A stretch of DNA of 64,000 bases from the human T2T-CHM13v2.0 reference genome, Homo sapiens. The position numbers were made by a program, and so were the translations under genes. Below the pieces are notes generated by a model. That model did not search any database and had not been told where the DNA came from. It saw only the letters and a list, made by a program, of their open reading frames with translations. The DNA lies in NCBI RefSeq assembly GCF_009914755.1, contig NC_060933.1. One strand, given 5' to 3'. Positions 27,710 through 40,825 of this stretch are shown piece after piece. The number at the start of each line of letters is the position of its first letter. Position 1 is the first letter of the stretch.

Positions 27710-29542
27710 TGTTTTTCTTATAGATGAAGAATATGATACAATTATAGCAATTTGAACTTGACCGTGAATCTTTTACTTTTTAACAATATGGCTAGATATT
27801 ATATTATCAGTTTGATATATGTAATAGAATGTTAAAATGCAAATTTTGACTGAGGTATATTCCCAAATAAGGTTCTAAACCAAGAAGCACACATTTCAAA
27901 ATAGTGGATTAGAATCTATCTGACAATACTTCAACCCTGATCTCTCATTAAGGCTATAAAGTACTCATTAATTGAAGATTAAAGAAGTAATTTTGGAGAC
28001 AGCTCTGTATATGCTGTAAGTCTCATGCCCCTGTCAGGAAACAAGTAAAGGAATCTGCCCTGTTTATCTCATATCAATACATGTGACTTTAGGAAAACCA
28101 TTTGAAGAGCTTATTTAATGTTTTTTGTAATCTAACCCCTGAGTCATATCTCAGAAATATAAAAGTGAAGACCCTGGATAAAGTGACCTATGTTCTCAGA
28201 ATAAAGAGCTGTGGTTTGAGAAATAACCATCCCCACCAAGTTTATTAGAACAAAGGATATTTGGCCTTCCCTACAAACTAGCTCTGGGCCATGAGATAAA
28301 GAACACAGATTTGGAATTGCCTAGCAGTGTCTAAGAGGGTTACATGGAGAAGCATGAGGAACAGAGTATAGGTGAAGGCTGTGGGCTGAGTCAGAGGGGG
28401 TAATCTAGAATAGAAATGCATCATGAAAACGTTAACTGAGAGACACTCAGAGTTAGGGTTGTTAGAATCAGAAAAACCTAAGAGAGACATGGACAGCATT
28501 AAACAGCTTTCACGCACAAAGAGCACTGAAGCTAAATACCCAGCCAGTGCAATGAGAACTTTTATGCTTGCTTCCTGACATAGCCTCCTGAATGCTTGCT
28601 CCAATAATGGAATGTTTAGAAGCCAAAACAAAGAGAAAGGAGTGCAGCTATCCATATGCTCTGTTTCCCCTACAGGCTACTAGACTGAAGAGGGCCTATA
28701 TGAGAGGAGGAGAGAAGCTTTCACTTTATATCTAGTTCCAAGTTGTGAGATTGCATTGGACAGAACATAGTAATTATTAAATTAGAGTTTTATGACTTAG
28801 TTACCTTCGAATATTTTATATGATGACCAGGGTAGAAAAGGTACCTGTTTAAGGGCAGAGAAGCAGCTAATCTCTTAGAATAGTTTCGAAGTTGCTTTGT
28901 TATTACATGTCAAAAGATATGCATGTTTAATGTAAGACTATCTATATATTATATCATTTAATCTAAACAGAAACATCTTAATTTAATAAAATTAAATTGT
29001 ATTAATTTAATAATAAATTTTATAAATTATAGTACATTTAGGTAAATATACAAATACATTAATAATTTACTAATTTATTATTTTATTTATTAATGAGGCA
29101 AGTAACTCTCAGAAAGGCAAATAATTTTTATTGTGTTGCAAAGTATTTTAGTGGCAGAATAAGAATTTGAATTTAGGTTTAACTGATACTTCAGCCCAGT
29201 TCTGGGCTTAAGTAACTGATACTTCAAATTCAAATTCTTGGGCCCAAACCCAAGCCCAAATTACGTTTAACTGATACTTAAGCCCAACTACTCTGAACAA
29301 CTCCTTATGAATTTGTGTCATCTGAACACAGATAAATATGACTTGATCATTTCATCAAATTTTTGAATTAATACTTGAGACAGACATTACTGAAACCCAA
29401 ACCTTTAGGAATTGAGAAAATCCTCTCTTTCTGTGGACATAAAATAAAAAACAAAAACCTTTTAGGAACTCCATTTAATAATAAAGTGTTCAATTGCTTA
29501 GGAAATCTATGCCCTTTCCAAAAATCCTGAACATTTACTGGA

Positions 29543-29625
29543 CTAACTATATATAAGGGTACTAACTATACTATACTAACTATACTATACTACCTAAATA
29601 TAACTATACTAACATTCAGTTCAGT
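29543..29625. repeat. Degenerate (ACTAT)n/(ACTA)n simple repeat
   Basis: ACTAACTATACTATACTAACTATACTATACTAC. Confidence 0.85.
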
Positions 29626-30624
29626 TACAATTGTTTTTGAAATATTGAGGTCCTTTTTAAAAAATTCTTCATTGGAATCCATATGCATCCCCTCCTGTCA
29701 CCCCTCCTGTCAGTTAGTAAAATTCAATTATATAAAAAACCACAACCATAAAATATAAATGAGAATTCATCCTGTACTCAAACTAGATTGGAGTTTTTAG
29801 TATCTTGTACTTTATTTTCTTTTAGTATCCTATACTTTATTTTCTATCTCCACAGCATGTCCTTCCTCGCTCCTTTCTCTTTTCTTCATTTTTTTCCCCC
29901 AAATCTTTTCTTATGCTATGGAAATCAAAGAATTCTTGAGGTCAGAGAAACCTATATAATTCTACCTTGGGGAATGATGCAATAATTATCACCCAATCAT
30001 ATCATGCTTGTAAAGTAACCTAAGTGCCTAGCCTAAAACTTTTCCCTACAATCACAACAAAAGTCTTTACAGATATTAAATGTTGTAATATATGAAAATA
30101 ACTGGTATAAAGTGGGTGTTCCAAAATTGCAGCCCCCGCAAATACATATTCATGTGTCCTACTGTCTTATCCATCTTTCAATGTCAAGTTTGAATCTTAT
30201 GTTCTCTATGAGGCCTAGTCTGGTAAGTCCTGTCTTGATGAAGTGGTCTCCCTCCTGTTGTTCCCTTTCACACTTGTATCAGCCTTTGTTTGTTATCTTT
30301 CAAAATAAACTTTATTCTGCATTATGTTATTTTAAAAATTCACAAGACCTTATAGAACCATTTTTTTTCAAGTTCCTCAACGATTTAGGATCTCAGGCCA
30401 AAGGAATTAAGAAACTTTCCCTTAGTCACACTAAGTTAAAGGCAAACATTTGTTCTAGTTCATCATTAGTGCTTAATTATCGTATTGAAAGCTCCACAAG
30501 GACTAAAATTGTGCTGTATCCTTTTATTATCTTTGCTCCCTGAATCTAACAGTAGTGGTAGAATCACCAAGTAGGCACTCAGTGCACTCTTGATACATTA
30601 AATTATACTGATTTTACATCCAGG

Positions 30625-30809
30625 AGGGATTTCTGAATGTGGCCAAGCACAAGATTCACCTGAGGGCTTGATAAAATACATAGAATCTTGTCTCTGCTCC
30701 CAGATTCTGACTGTAGCTCTGCAGTGGGCCCCAGGAATCTGTATTTTTAACAGATTCCCCAAGCGACTTGATCTTAATGGTTCAAGAAGTAGTGCTTAGG
30801 AATTACTGA
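30625..30809. mobile_element. MER5-family hAT MITE
   Basis: TCACCTGAGGGCTTGATAAAATACA...CCCAGATTCTGAC...GGCCCCAGGAATCTGTATTTTTAACA. Confidence 0.75.
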
Positions 30810-32309
30810 CTAGGACACATACCCTATTCTGGAGTGTTTCCAGAGGAAAAAGTCCACAGTTTTGCTTAGTAACATGACTGGTGTCGAATAGACCTTATAG
30901 CTAAAGAAAAACAATTCTTTATAATGCTGTAACTAAATTCTCATGACTGCAATTTATTCCCTACTACCCCGGGTGGAAATGGGTAACAGCTGGTCTTTTA
31001 ATAACCCTTGAAGATTATTATTAAGTTCCTCATCCACCTTCTCTTCTCTTAGCTAAATAGTTCCAATCTTTCTCAGGTATCCAACAGGCCCTATTTCCCA
31101 AGCCCTCTTTTCTCTCAGGGTTGTCTAAGTTTTGAATTAAGACTAATAACCTATGATTGTGCTGTATTAGATAAGATGTAATGAAAAGCATTTTAAAAAT
31201 TTGGAGAAGTACCATACAAGTAGTAGGATTTGGTTTGAGAGTAATATTCTTATATGTCTTGTCTGCACACATCTCTATAGTTTTTTAAAAAAATATTTCT
31301 AAGCAGATACAGAGGCAGTACAGTGCCAGGGACTTCATATAGCCAGGGCAGGGCACCAGGCCTTCCACTAACTGGATGTGTATCTTGGAACAAGTTATTT
31401 TCCCTTTTATATTTTTTATTTCCTTACAAGGAAGACAATCTATGCTCTACCTAAACTCTAGCAGTTATCGTGAAGCTCCAATCAGGGCAGCAGAAGGAAC
31501 TTCGAAACATAGAGTCCAGTCTGTATCTAGACTTTAGGGTTAGACACAAAGGAGGCTGGTTTAATGGAAAGTAATAGAGAATTGATCCATTCTTGTTCAC
31601 ATGAATGTTAGAAAGTTAGTAGCATGGGGATAAACATTGCAGGATTACTCAACAACGTCAACTGTCTGAGATACAACTAGGACAAGTCAGCAGGCAAATT
31701 CATGGCTAGTTGAGCCAAACTTCAAATGGGAGTGTTCCTCCTCCAACAAACTAACCAGTGATTTTCTTGAAAGGGAGACACTTTTCTGAGCTCTGATAAT
31801 TGCATCTGCCCACCCTGGACCTAATTTCTCAGCAGGATCTTCCTCATGATGTACCAGCTGTGGTATCACTCCTGCTGTGGTATCTCTATCGCAATTCAGC
31901 CAAAGCCATTCTATTGTAAACTGTGATGGTTATACATGGGTTCATAGCTGAGCAATACCCATTGTCAAAGAAGAAATTGGATGTAGAGTGCCAGCTGTAG
32001 GAGAAAGACTGATTCAGCATCATCATCACCTACCACCCAGGTCCGTCATTATTCAATAATAGCTATCTTTTACCAAGCATTATTAAATAGCTCATTGACC
32101 TAGGTGATGATGATACCAGTCTCTATTGTAAATAATGCAGCATATTATCTCATGTAATCACCATATAGTACTGTGAGTTAGTAATTATCCCATCTTACTA
32201 ATTAAGAAACTGAGGTAGAAAGAGATGAAATCATTTGACTGAGATGCCATAGTCACCTGATCCTCAAAATCAGACTACGGGACATCTGAACCAATGCTCT
32301 TGAATATTA

Positions 32310-32500
32310 GTCTTCATCAGTTTGGCCTGCTATATAGCAAAGTACCATAGACTGGGTGGCTTATAAATAATATAAATTTATTTCTCTCAATTCTAGAAGC
32401 TGGAAGGCTGAGATCATAGTGCCAACATGGTCAGGTTCTGGTGAGGGCCCTATTCTGGGTTACACACTGCCATCTTCTCATTGTATCCTTGCATGGAGAA
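32310..32500 (-). mobile_element. MLT1A/MST-like LTR fragment
   Basis: AAAGTACCATAGACTGGGTGGCTTATAAATAAT...GGTCAGGTTCTGGTGAGGGCCC. Confidence 0.75.
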
Positions 32501-32587
32501 AACAGGATGTGGTCAGTCCATTGCAAGCATGCTACACAAATTTAAGATTGGACATGGAACTAGGGCCTGATAAAAATAAATGATGAC

Positions 32588-32891
<304 letters not shown>

Positions 32892-34411
32892 TAAAAATAA
32901 ATGATGACATTTCATCCTGCTCAAGGAAACCTTCTGGTAACTTTATTACTAGAGATTGAAGTCCTAATTTATTGGCCAAGCATCTAAGACTTCAATATCT
33001 AGATCCAAATTTTTCTCACAGTCATATTCCCCGACAGTACCCATCATCACACCCCATATTCAAAGACAAACAAAAAAGTCTCCTGCTTGCTGCTCTGCTT
33101 CAAGCTCCCCAACCTCACAACCTTTGTTTTTGCTGCTCTCCCTGAATCTAATAGTCTTTACAAAATTATCATGGCCAAATACTAACCTTTCCTCAACAAA
33201 CAATTTCAGCATCCCTGCTTCATTTCCTTATTTCTAATCTAAACAAGCAGATGTTATTTTTGAACTCCTATCTTTTTTATTCCTAGAATTTTCTGTTTTA
33301 TAATGTTATGCGATAATATCTTATCACTCTTAAAAATCAGTAATTTTGAGCGCATGTACTGGGGGCTAAAGATAATGTCACATGCTTTCCTAACCTTCAC
33401 GTCAATCCTATGGTGCTGGCATTATCATTTTCATTTTATGAGAAGGAATTAAGATTTGCATAAGGAACACAAGGTCATACCACCTGGGTTTACATCCAGA
33501 TATTTCTCAATGTGAAACCTGTGTTCAATCCATAACCACACTATACTATCTCCTTATTGTTAGTAAAGTTATAAAAACAAAAACTGCATCTTGCTTATAT
33601 TTGATTCCCTACACATTGCACGTGACAGGCACCATGCTTTTTTTTATTCCTTTGCAAATTGATTTAAATTAAATTCCGCGTTAGAGCATAAGCTTTCATG
33701 AAGCTGTACACTCACTCCAAACACAAAACAACCTGAGACCTTCTTGGCCTTTGTTCATCATTGATGAGTGTTTGCTTGTTCTTTTAGTTACATTAAACTC
33801 TTTTATTCATTTTTACTTTATACTGGCTCCCCATGTTCTTGTTGCTGAACTGACAATCCTTCATTTTAGCTGTTTGACAGCTTATACGCCCTGCCTGCCA
33901 GCATCAATATTTACTAATGGACACTTTATCTTACAAAAGCTGTTTTCAATCAAGAAAGATAATGAAGAAATTACATGACCCTAGACATGTAGCTACCAGT
34001 CACCACGGCCTGTGTCATTTGGCTTCTTTGCCATCTGTGCCCAAGCAACAGGGCAGGGCAAGGAAAGGATAGAGGAGCAGAGATAGCAGAGGAGAACTCC
34101 AAGGAGAGAGAAGATTGATGATTCAGAATCAGGAAGGGAACAAGTTTTTGTAAGCCTGTTTCTATGGCCCAGACATTTTACATGCATGCTCCTATTTAAT
34201 TCTCAAAACAATGCTAAGAGATTATGCCTAGTCCTTTTGATTTTTTCTTAAATGAAGAAAAACTGAGGATCAGAGACAAATGATTGGCTCAAAGGAACAG
34301 AAACAGAAGTGAGAGAAACTGGTTATTATGCTAAGTCCCTGAAATTTGGAACTGTCCAGAAAAGATTTGAATCCAGGCATTATCCATAGAATTAGGTAAC
34401 CTTGAACAAGT

Positions 34412-34423
34412 TGTGTGTGTGTG

Positions 34424-34456
<33 letters not shown>

Positions 34457-34461
34457 ATGTA
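34412..34461. repeat. Interrupted (TG)n microsatellite
   Basis: TGTGTGTGTGTGCATGTGTG...GTGCATGT. Confidence 0.95.
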
Positions 34462-34509
34462 CATTTAGCAAATTCCTTTTTTTCCCCCCAAGGCTTATAG
34501 TTTTGTGTT

Positions 34510-37500
34510 TTTTAATTTTTCTACTTTATCTTAGGTTCAGGGGGTAATGTGCAGGCTTATTACATGGGTAAATTGCATGATGCTGACACTTCGTGTATAT
34601 GAATAATCTCACCACCACACCTGCCTCCTACCCCCTACTTTGTTTATTGTTCCCATGTTTATGTCCACGTGTATTTAACCTTTAGTTCCCATTCATAAGT
34701 GAGAGCATGCAGTATTTCATTTTCTGATCCTGCGTTAGTTCGTTAGTTCATTTAGGATAATGGCCTCCAGCTGCATCCATGTTGCTGTAAAGGACATGAT
34801 TTCATTATTTTTTATGGCTATGTAGTATTCCACAGTATATATATATATATCATTTTTTGTAATCCAGTTCACTGTTAATGGGAATCTTAGATGATTCCAT
34901 GCTTTTGCTGTAATGAACATATGAGTGCATGTGTCTTTTTGGTAGAATGATTTGTTTTCCTTTGAGTATATACCCAATAGTGGGATCACTGGGTCAAATG
35001 GTAGCTCTGTTTTAATTCTCTTAGAAATCCCCACACTGCTTTTCATAGTGGTGGAACTAATTTACATTCCAACCAGCAGTGTGTGTTTCCCTTTCTCTGC
35101 AACCTCACCAGTATTTGTTGAATTTTGACTTTCATAACAGCCATTCTGATGGGTGAGAGATGGTATCGTATTGTGGTTTTGATTTGCATTTCTCTAATGA
35201 TTAGTGACTATGAACAGTTTCTCATGTATTTTTTGGCCACACGTATGTCTTCTTTTGAGAAGTGTCTGTTCATGTCTTTTGCTCATTTATTAATGGGGCT
35301 ATTTGTTTTTGCTTGCTGATTTGTTTTAGTTCCTTATTCTGACTATTAGACCTTTGTCAGATGCATAGTTTGCAAACACTTTCACCCCTCTGTAGGTTGC
35401 CTCTTTACTCTGTTGATAGTTTCTTTTGCTGTGCAGAAGCTCTTTAGTTTAGTTTGGTACCACTTGTCAATTTTTGTTTTTGTTGCAATTGCTATTGAGG
35501 ACTTAGTCATAAATTCTTTGTCGAGGCTGATGTCCAGAATGGTATTTTCTAGGTTTTTTTCTAGAGTTTGTATTGTTTTAGGCTTTACATTTAAATATTT
35601 AATCTATCCTGAGTTAATTTTTGTATATAGTGAAAAGAAGGGGTCTAGTTTCAGTCTTCTGTATATGGCTAGCCAGTTATTCCAGTAGCGTTTATTGAAT
35701 AGGGAGTCATTTCCTCATTGTTTGTTATTGTTGACCTTGTCAAAGATCGGGTGGTTGTAGATGTGTGACTTTATTTCTGGGTTCTCTATCCTGTTCCATT
35801 TGTTGACGTGTTTGTTTTTGTACCAGTACTATGCTGTTTCAGTTACTGTAGCCTTGTAGAATAGTTTGAAGTCAAGTAGTGTGATACCCTCTGTTTTGTT
35901 CTTTTTGCTTAGGATTTCTTTGGTGAATAAGGGTTTTTCGGTTCTGCATGAATTTTAGAATAGTATTTCTAATTCTCTGTGAAATATCACTGGTAGTTTG
36001 ATAGGAATAGCATTGAATTTATAAATAGCTTTGGGCAGTATGTCCATTTTAGCAATACTGACTCTTCCCATAAGTGAGCATGAAATGGTTTTTCTTTTGT
36101 TTGTCTCATGTCTGATTTCTTTCAGCAGTTTTTTCTAATTCTTGTTGTAGAAATCTTTTACCTCTATTGTTCACTGTATTCTGAGGTATTTTATTCTCTT
36201 TTGTGGCCATTATAAATGGGATTGTGTTCTTGACTGAGCTTGGATAATACTAGTGTATAGAAATGCTACTGATTTTGTACATAAATTTTGTATCATGAAA
36301 CTGCTGAAGTCATTTATTAGTTCTAGAAGCCTTCTGGTGGAGTCTATGGGGTTTTCTTGGTATAGAATCATACTGTCTACAAAGAGATATTTTGACTTCC
36401 TCTCTTCCTGTTTGGATGCCTTGTATTCTTTCTCTTGCCTTATTGCTCCGGCTAGCACTTCCAGTACTATGTTGAATAAGAGTGGTAAGAGTGAATATCT
36501 TTCTCTCATTCTGATTCTCAAGGGGAATGCTTCCAGCTTTTGTCCATTTGGTGTGACGTTGGCCACTGGTTTGTCATAGATGACTCTTATTATTTGAGAT
36601 ATGTTTATTCAATTCCTAATTTGTTGATGGCTTTCAAGATGAAGCAGTATTGAATTTCATTGAAGGATTTTTCTGTATCTATTGTGATGATCACATGATT
36701 TTGGTTGTTAATTCTATTTACGAAGTGAATCACATAACCAATCCTGCATCCCAGAAATAAAAACTACTTGATTGTGGTGAATTAGCTTTTTTGATGTGTT
36801 GCTGGATTTGATTTGCTAGTATTTTGTTGAAAATTTTTGCTACTATGTTCACCAGAGATATCAGCATAAAGTTTTCTTTTTTTGCTGTTTCTTTGTCAGG
36901 ATTTGGTATCAGAATAATGATGGCTACATAGAGTGAGTTAGGGAGGATTCCCATCATCTTGATTTTTTGGAATAATTTCAGTAGGATTTGTACTGGGCTT
37001 TCCTTATATTTCTGGTTGAATTCAGCTGTGAAGCCATCTGATCCAGGACTTTGTTTGTTTGGTAGGCTTTTTGTTACTGATTCAATTTTGGAATTTGTTA
37101 TTTGTCTGTGCAGGATTTTAATTTCTTCCTGGCTTTATCTTGGGAGGTTGAGTGTTTCTAGGAATTCTTCCATTTCTTCTATGTTTTCTAGTTTTTGTGC
37201 ATAGAGTGTTTGTAATAGTGTCTGAGAATTTTTGTTGTTGTTGCATTTTTGTGTGGTTGGTGGTAATGTCCCCTTTATCATTTCTGACTGTGTGTATTTG
37301 TATCTTTTCTCTTAATATTTTTATTAATCTAGCTAGTCTATCAATCTTGTTTAGTCTTTCAAATAACCTACTTTTAATTTCACTAATGTTTTGTATAGAT
37401 TTTCACATTTCAATTTTGTTCAGTTAAGCTCTGATTTTGTTTATTTCTTTTCTTATGCTAGCTTTGGGATTGGTTTGCTCCTGTTTTTCTAGCTCCTGTA

Positions 37501-40500
37501 CGTGGCACAGTAAGTTGTTAATTTGAGATTTGTCTAACTTCTTGATGTTGGGGTTTAGTGCTATGAATATTCCTCTTAATATTGCTTTAACTATGTTCCA
37601 AAGATTCAGGTATGTTGTGACTCTGTTTTCATTAGTTTCAAAGAATTTTTTAATTTTTGCTTTAATTTCATTCTTTATCCAAGAGTAATTGAGAAGCAAG
37701 TTGTTTAATTTCCATAAATTATTGTACGGTATTAATAGATCTTTTTGGTATTGATTTATATTTTTGTTGCTCTGTGATCTTAGAGTGTGGTTGGTATGAT
37801 TTTGATATTTTTGAATTCATTGAGACTTGCTTTATAGCTGAGCTGTGATCAGTTTTAGAGTCTTATATGTGTCGTGTGCAGATGAGAATATATATTCTGT
37901 TGTTGTCAAGTGGAGTATTCTGTAGCTGTCTATTAGATAAAATTGGTCAAGTGTTTAGTTTAAGTCCAGAATATCCTTGTTAGTTTTCTGCCTTGATTAT
38001 CTGTCTAATGCTGTCAGTGGGATGTTGAAGTCCCCCAGGATTGTGTGATTGTCTATATTTCTTCATAGATGTCTAAGAATTTGTTTTATGAATCTTGGTG
38101 CATTAATGTTGGTTGCATATATATTTAGTATAGTTCAGTCTTCTTGTTGGGTTGAGCCCTTTATCATTATGTAATGCCTTTGTCCTTTTTGATCATTATT
38201 GTTTTAAAGTCTGTTTTATCTGGTATAAAAATAGCAACTCCTGATCTATTTTGTTTTCCATTTACCTGATCTTTCTCCATCCCTTTACTTTGAGCCTATG
38301 GGTGTCATTGCTTGTGAGATGAATCTCTCAAAGACAGTAGAGAGTTGGGTCTTGCTTCTTTGTTCAATGTGCCACTATATGCCTTTTAAGTGGGGGCATT
38401 TAGCCCATTTACATTCAGGGTCAAAATTGATATGTAAAGATTTGATCCTGTCATTGTGCTGTTAGCTGGTTATTATGTAGACTTGATTGTATAGCTCTTT
38501 TATTATGTCAATGGGCTTTGTGCTTAAGTGTGTTTTTATGATGGCAAGTATCATTCTTTCATTACCATGTTTAGCACTCCCTTTATGACTTCTTGTAAGG
38601 TAGGTCTAGTGGTAAATTATCCCCTAAGCATTTGCTTGTTTGAAATTAACTTCATTTCTTCTTCACTTATGAGGATTAATTTGATGGCATATGAAATTTT
38701 GGCTGGAATTTCTTTTCCATAAGGATGTTAAAAATAGGCCCCCAATTTCTTCTGGCTTATAAGGCTGCTGCTGTAAGGTCTACTGTTAGCCTAATGGGGT
38801 TCCCTTTATAAGTGACCTACCTCTTCTCTCTAGCTGCCTTTAAGATTTTTTCCTTTGCTTTGACCTTGGGGGATCTGATGATTATGCGTCTTGGAGATGG
38901 TCATCTTGCATAGTATCTTGCAAGGGTGTTCTGAATTTACTAAATTTGTTTGTTGACCTCTAGTGGGATTGGGAAAATTTTCATGGACTATATCTTCAAA
39001 TATGTTTTATAAGTTGCTTGCTCTTTGTCCTTTTCTTTTAGGAATGTCAATGAGTCATTTGTTGGTCTCTACATAATCCCAAATTTTTCAGAGGTTTTAT
39101 TCTTCTTTTAAATTCTTTTTTATTTTATTTTTGTCTGCCTGTATTGCTTTGAAGGAGCAGCCTACCGCTTCTAAGAGTCTTTCCTGAGCTTGGTCTATTT
39201 TTTTGATAATGTTTCCAATTGTATTTTGAAATTCCTGTAGTAAATTTTTCATTTCCAGAAATTTAGTTTTGTTCTTTCTTAAAATGGTTATCTCATTATT
39301 CAACTTTTGGATCATTTCACTGATCCTTTGGATTAGGTTTCAATCTTTTCTTATATCTATCTTAATGAGCTTCATTGCCATCTAGATTCTAAAATCTATG
39401 TCTGTCATTTCAATCATTTCAATCTTCTTGAGAGCCATTGCTAGGGAGCTAGTGTGATCATTTGCACATAAGAAGACACTAGCATTTAGAGTTGTCAAAG
39501 TTCTTGTGCTGGTTCTTTTTCTTCTATGAGGGCTGATGTTCCTTTATCCTTTGAAGTTGCTGTTCTTCCAATGGGACTTTTTGGTTTTATGTTTTTATGA
39601 TCTTTATTTCCCTTGAATTTTCTTTTTGAGACAGGGTCTTACTCTGACACCCATGCTGTAGTACAGTGGCATGATCATGGCTCACCGAAGCCTTGACTTC
39701 CTGGGCTCAACTGATCCTCCCACCTCAGCCTCCCAAGTAGCTGGGACTATAGTCATGTGCCACCATGCCTGGCTGATTTTTAAAACAAAATTTTGTAGAG
39801 ATGGATTCTCACTATGTTGCCCAGGCTAGTCTCAAACTCCTGAGCTCAAGTGATTTTCCCACCTCTACTTCCCAAAGTGCTAGTATTACACGTGTGAGCC
39901 ATCATGCCCAGTCTTGAGAGTTTGACTGTGGTGCAAGCTTGGTGTAATTGAATGACTTTATTTCTGGATGTTTTCAGGGGGCTCAGGCTCAGCTCTGCAC
40001 TCCTGGGTTGCCTGCTCTAACCCTGGGTGGCTGGGACCAGGTCTGCAGCTTTGTCCTTTAGCCCATCAAGATTGAGTGTTGCCTGAGCTTGATGGGCTAG
40101 GATGCTCCCAGACTGCTGGCAACAGCACTCTGTAGGGGCGAGTGGGGGGTCATGGGTGTAAGTGCTCCAGCAGGGGTGGGAGGGGCACCGTAGATGCGAA
40201 GCATGGCAGCAGTGGCAGGTGCACTGGGGGCAGGAAGCACTCCAGCAGGGACAGAAGGGGTACTACAGGCAGGAAGTGCTTAACGTGAGCATCAGGGGTG
40301 CCATAGGCAAATGTGCTCCAAGGGGGTAGTGATAGGGTTGCAGGAGAACACATTCAGATGGGAGGCTGTCAGCAAAAGTGCTCTGGTAGGGCAGCAGGGG
40401 TGCTTGGACAAAACCACTATGGTGGTGGACATTGGCAAAAGTGCTCTGGTGGGGTAGTTAAGGCTGTGCTCCATGCAGACATGGCTAGGCAGGGACTCCG

Positions 40501-40825
40501 AAAGGGACTGGTGGACAGTGGGGTTCACAGATGAGATTCATCCTGGACCTGCAGGAAAGACAGCCCTGCTCTCTCCAGGTCTAGTGACTTACGTAACTCA
40601 GAGCCATTCAGGGCCTGGAACATGTCCCATATTCAGCAACCCCAAGAAGGATTCCCAGCTTCCTCTCCCTTTCATCCTGGTGTCTGGGTTGTCTTTCTAA
40701 TCTCTTTTAGTTCATTCCTTCAGATGATCTGTTCTGAGTATGCTGATTTACTGGATATTTTGGTCTGTTTTTGTGGGAGATGTTCTTCCTGGTGGCATCT
40801 AGTTAGGTGTCTTGCCTTGGATACC
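34510..40825 (-). mobile_element. Near full-length, inactive L1 (L1PA15/16-like), ~6 kb
   Basis: 3' end TTAGGTTCAGGGGGTAATGTGCAGG. ORF2 remnants: 34735-35046 (ELPFDPVIPLLGIY), 36210-36566 (RT region, PLLFNIVLEVLA; catalytic FADD decayed to FVDS), 36730-36957, 37424-37699. ORF1 coiled-coil remnant 39097-39315. GC-richer 5' region to ~40.8 kb. Confidence 0.92.
39618..39913 (-). mobile_element. AluJ nested in the L1
   Basis: GAGACAGGGTCTT...GATCATGGCTCAC...CCTGGGCTCAA. Confidence 0.92.

Noticed and set aside
29689-29712. Short tandem duplications (CCCCTCCTGTCA x2; also ~15898 TTACATATG and ~34733 CGTTAGTT)
   Set aside because: Ordinary slippage products
30112-30543. 143-aa ORF outside obvious young repeats
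   Set aside because: GTG start, no recognisable domain, AT-rich, and runs into an L2 remnant; compatible with chance
30810-31100. Possible CR1/L3 remnant (also ~24440-24700) and old LTR-like pieces at ~28300-28800, ~31520-31900 and ~45950-46470
   Set aside because: Too diverged to assign by eye; needs an HMM search
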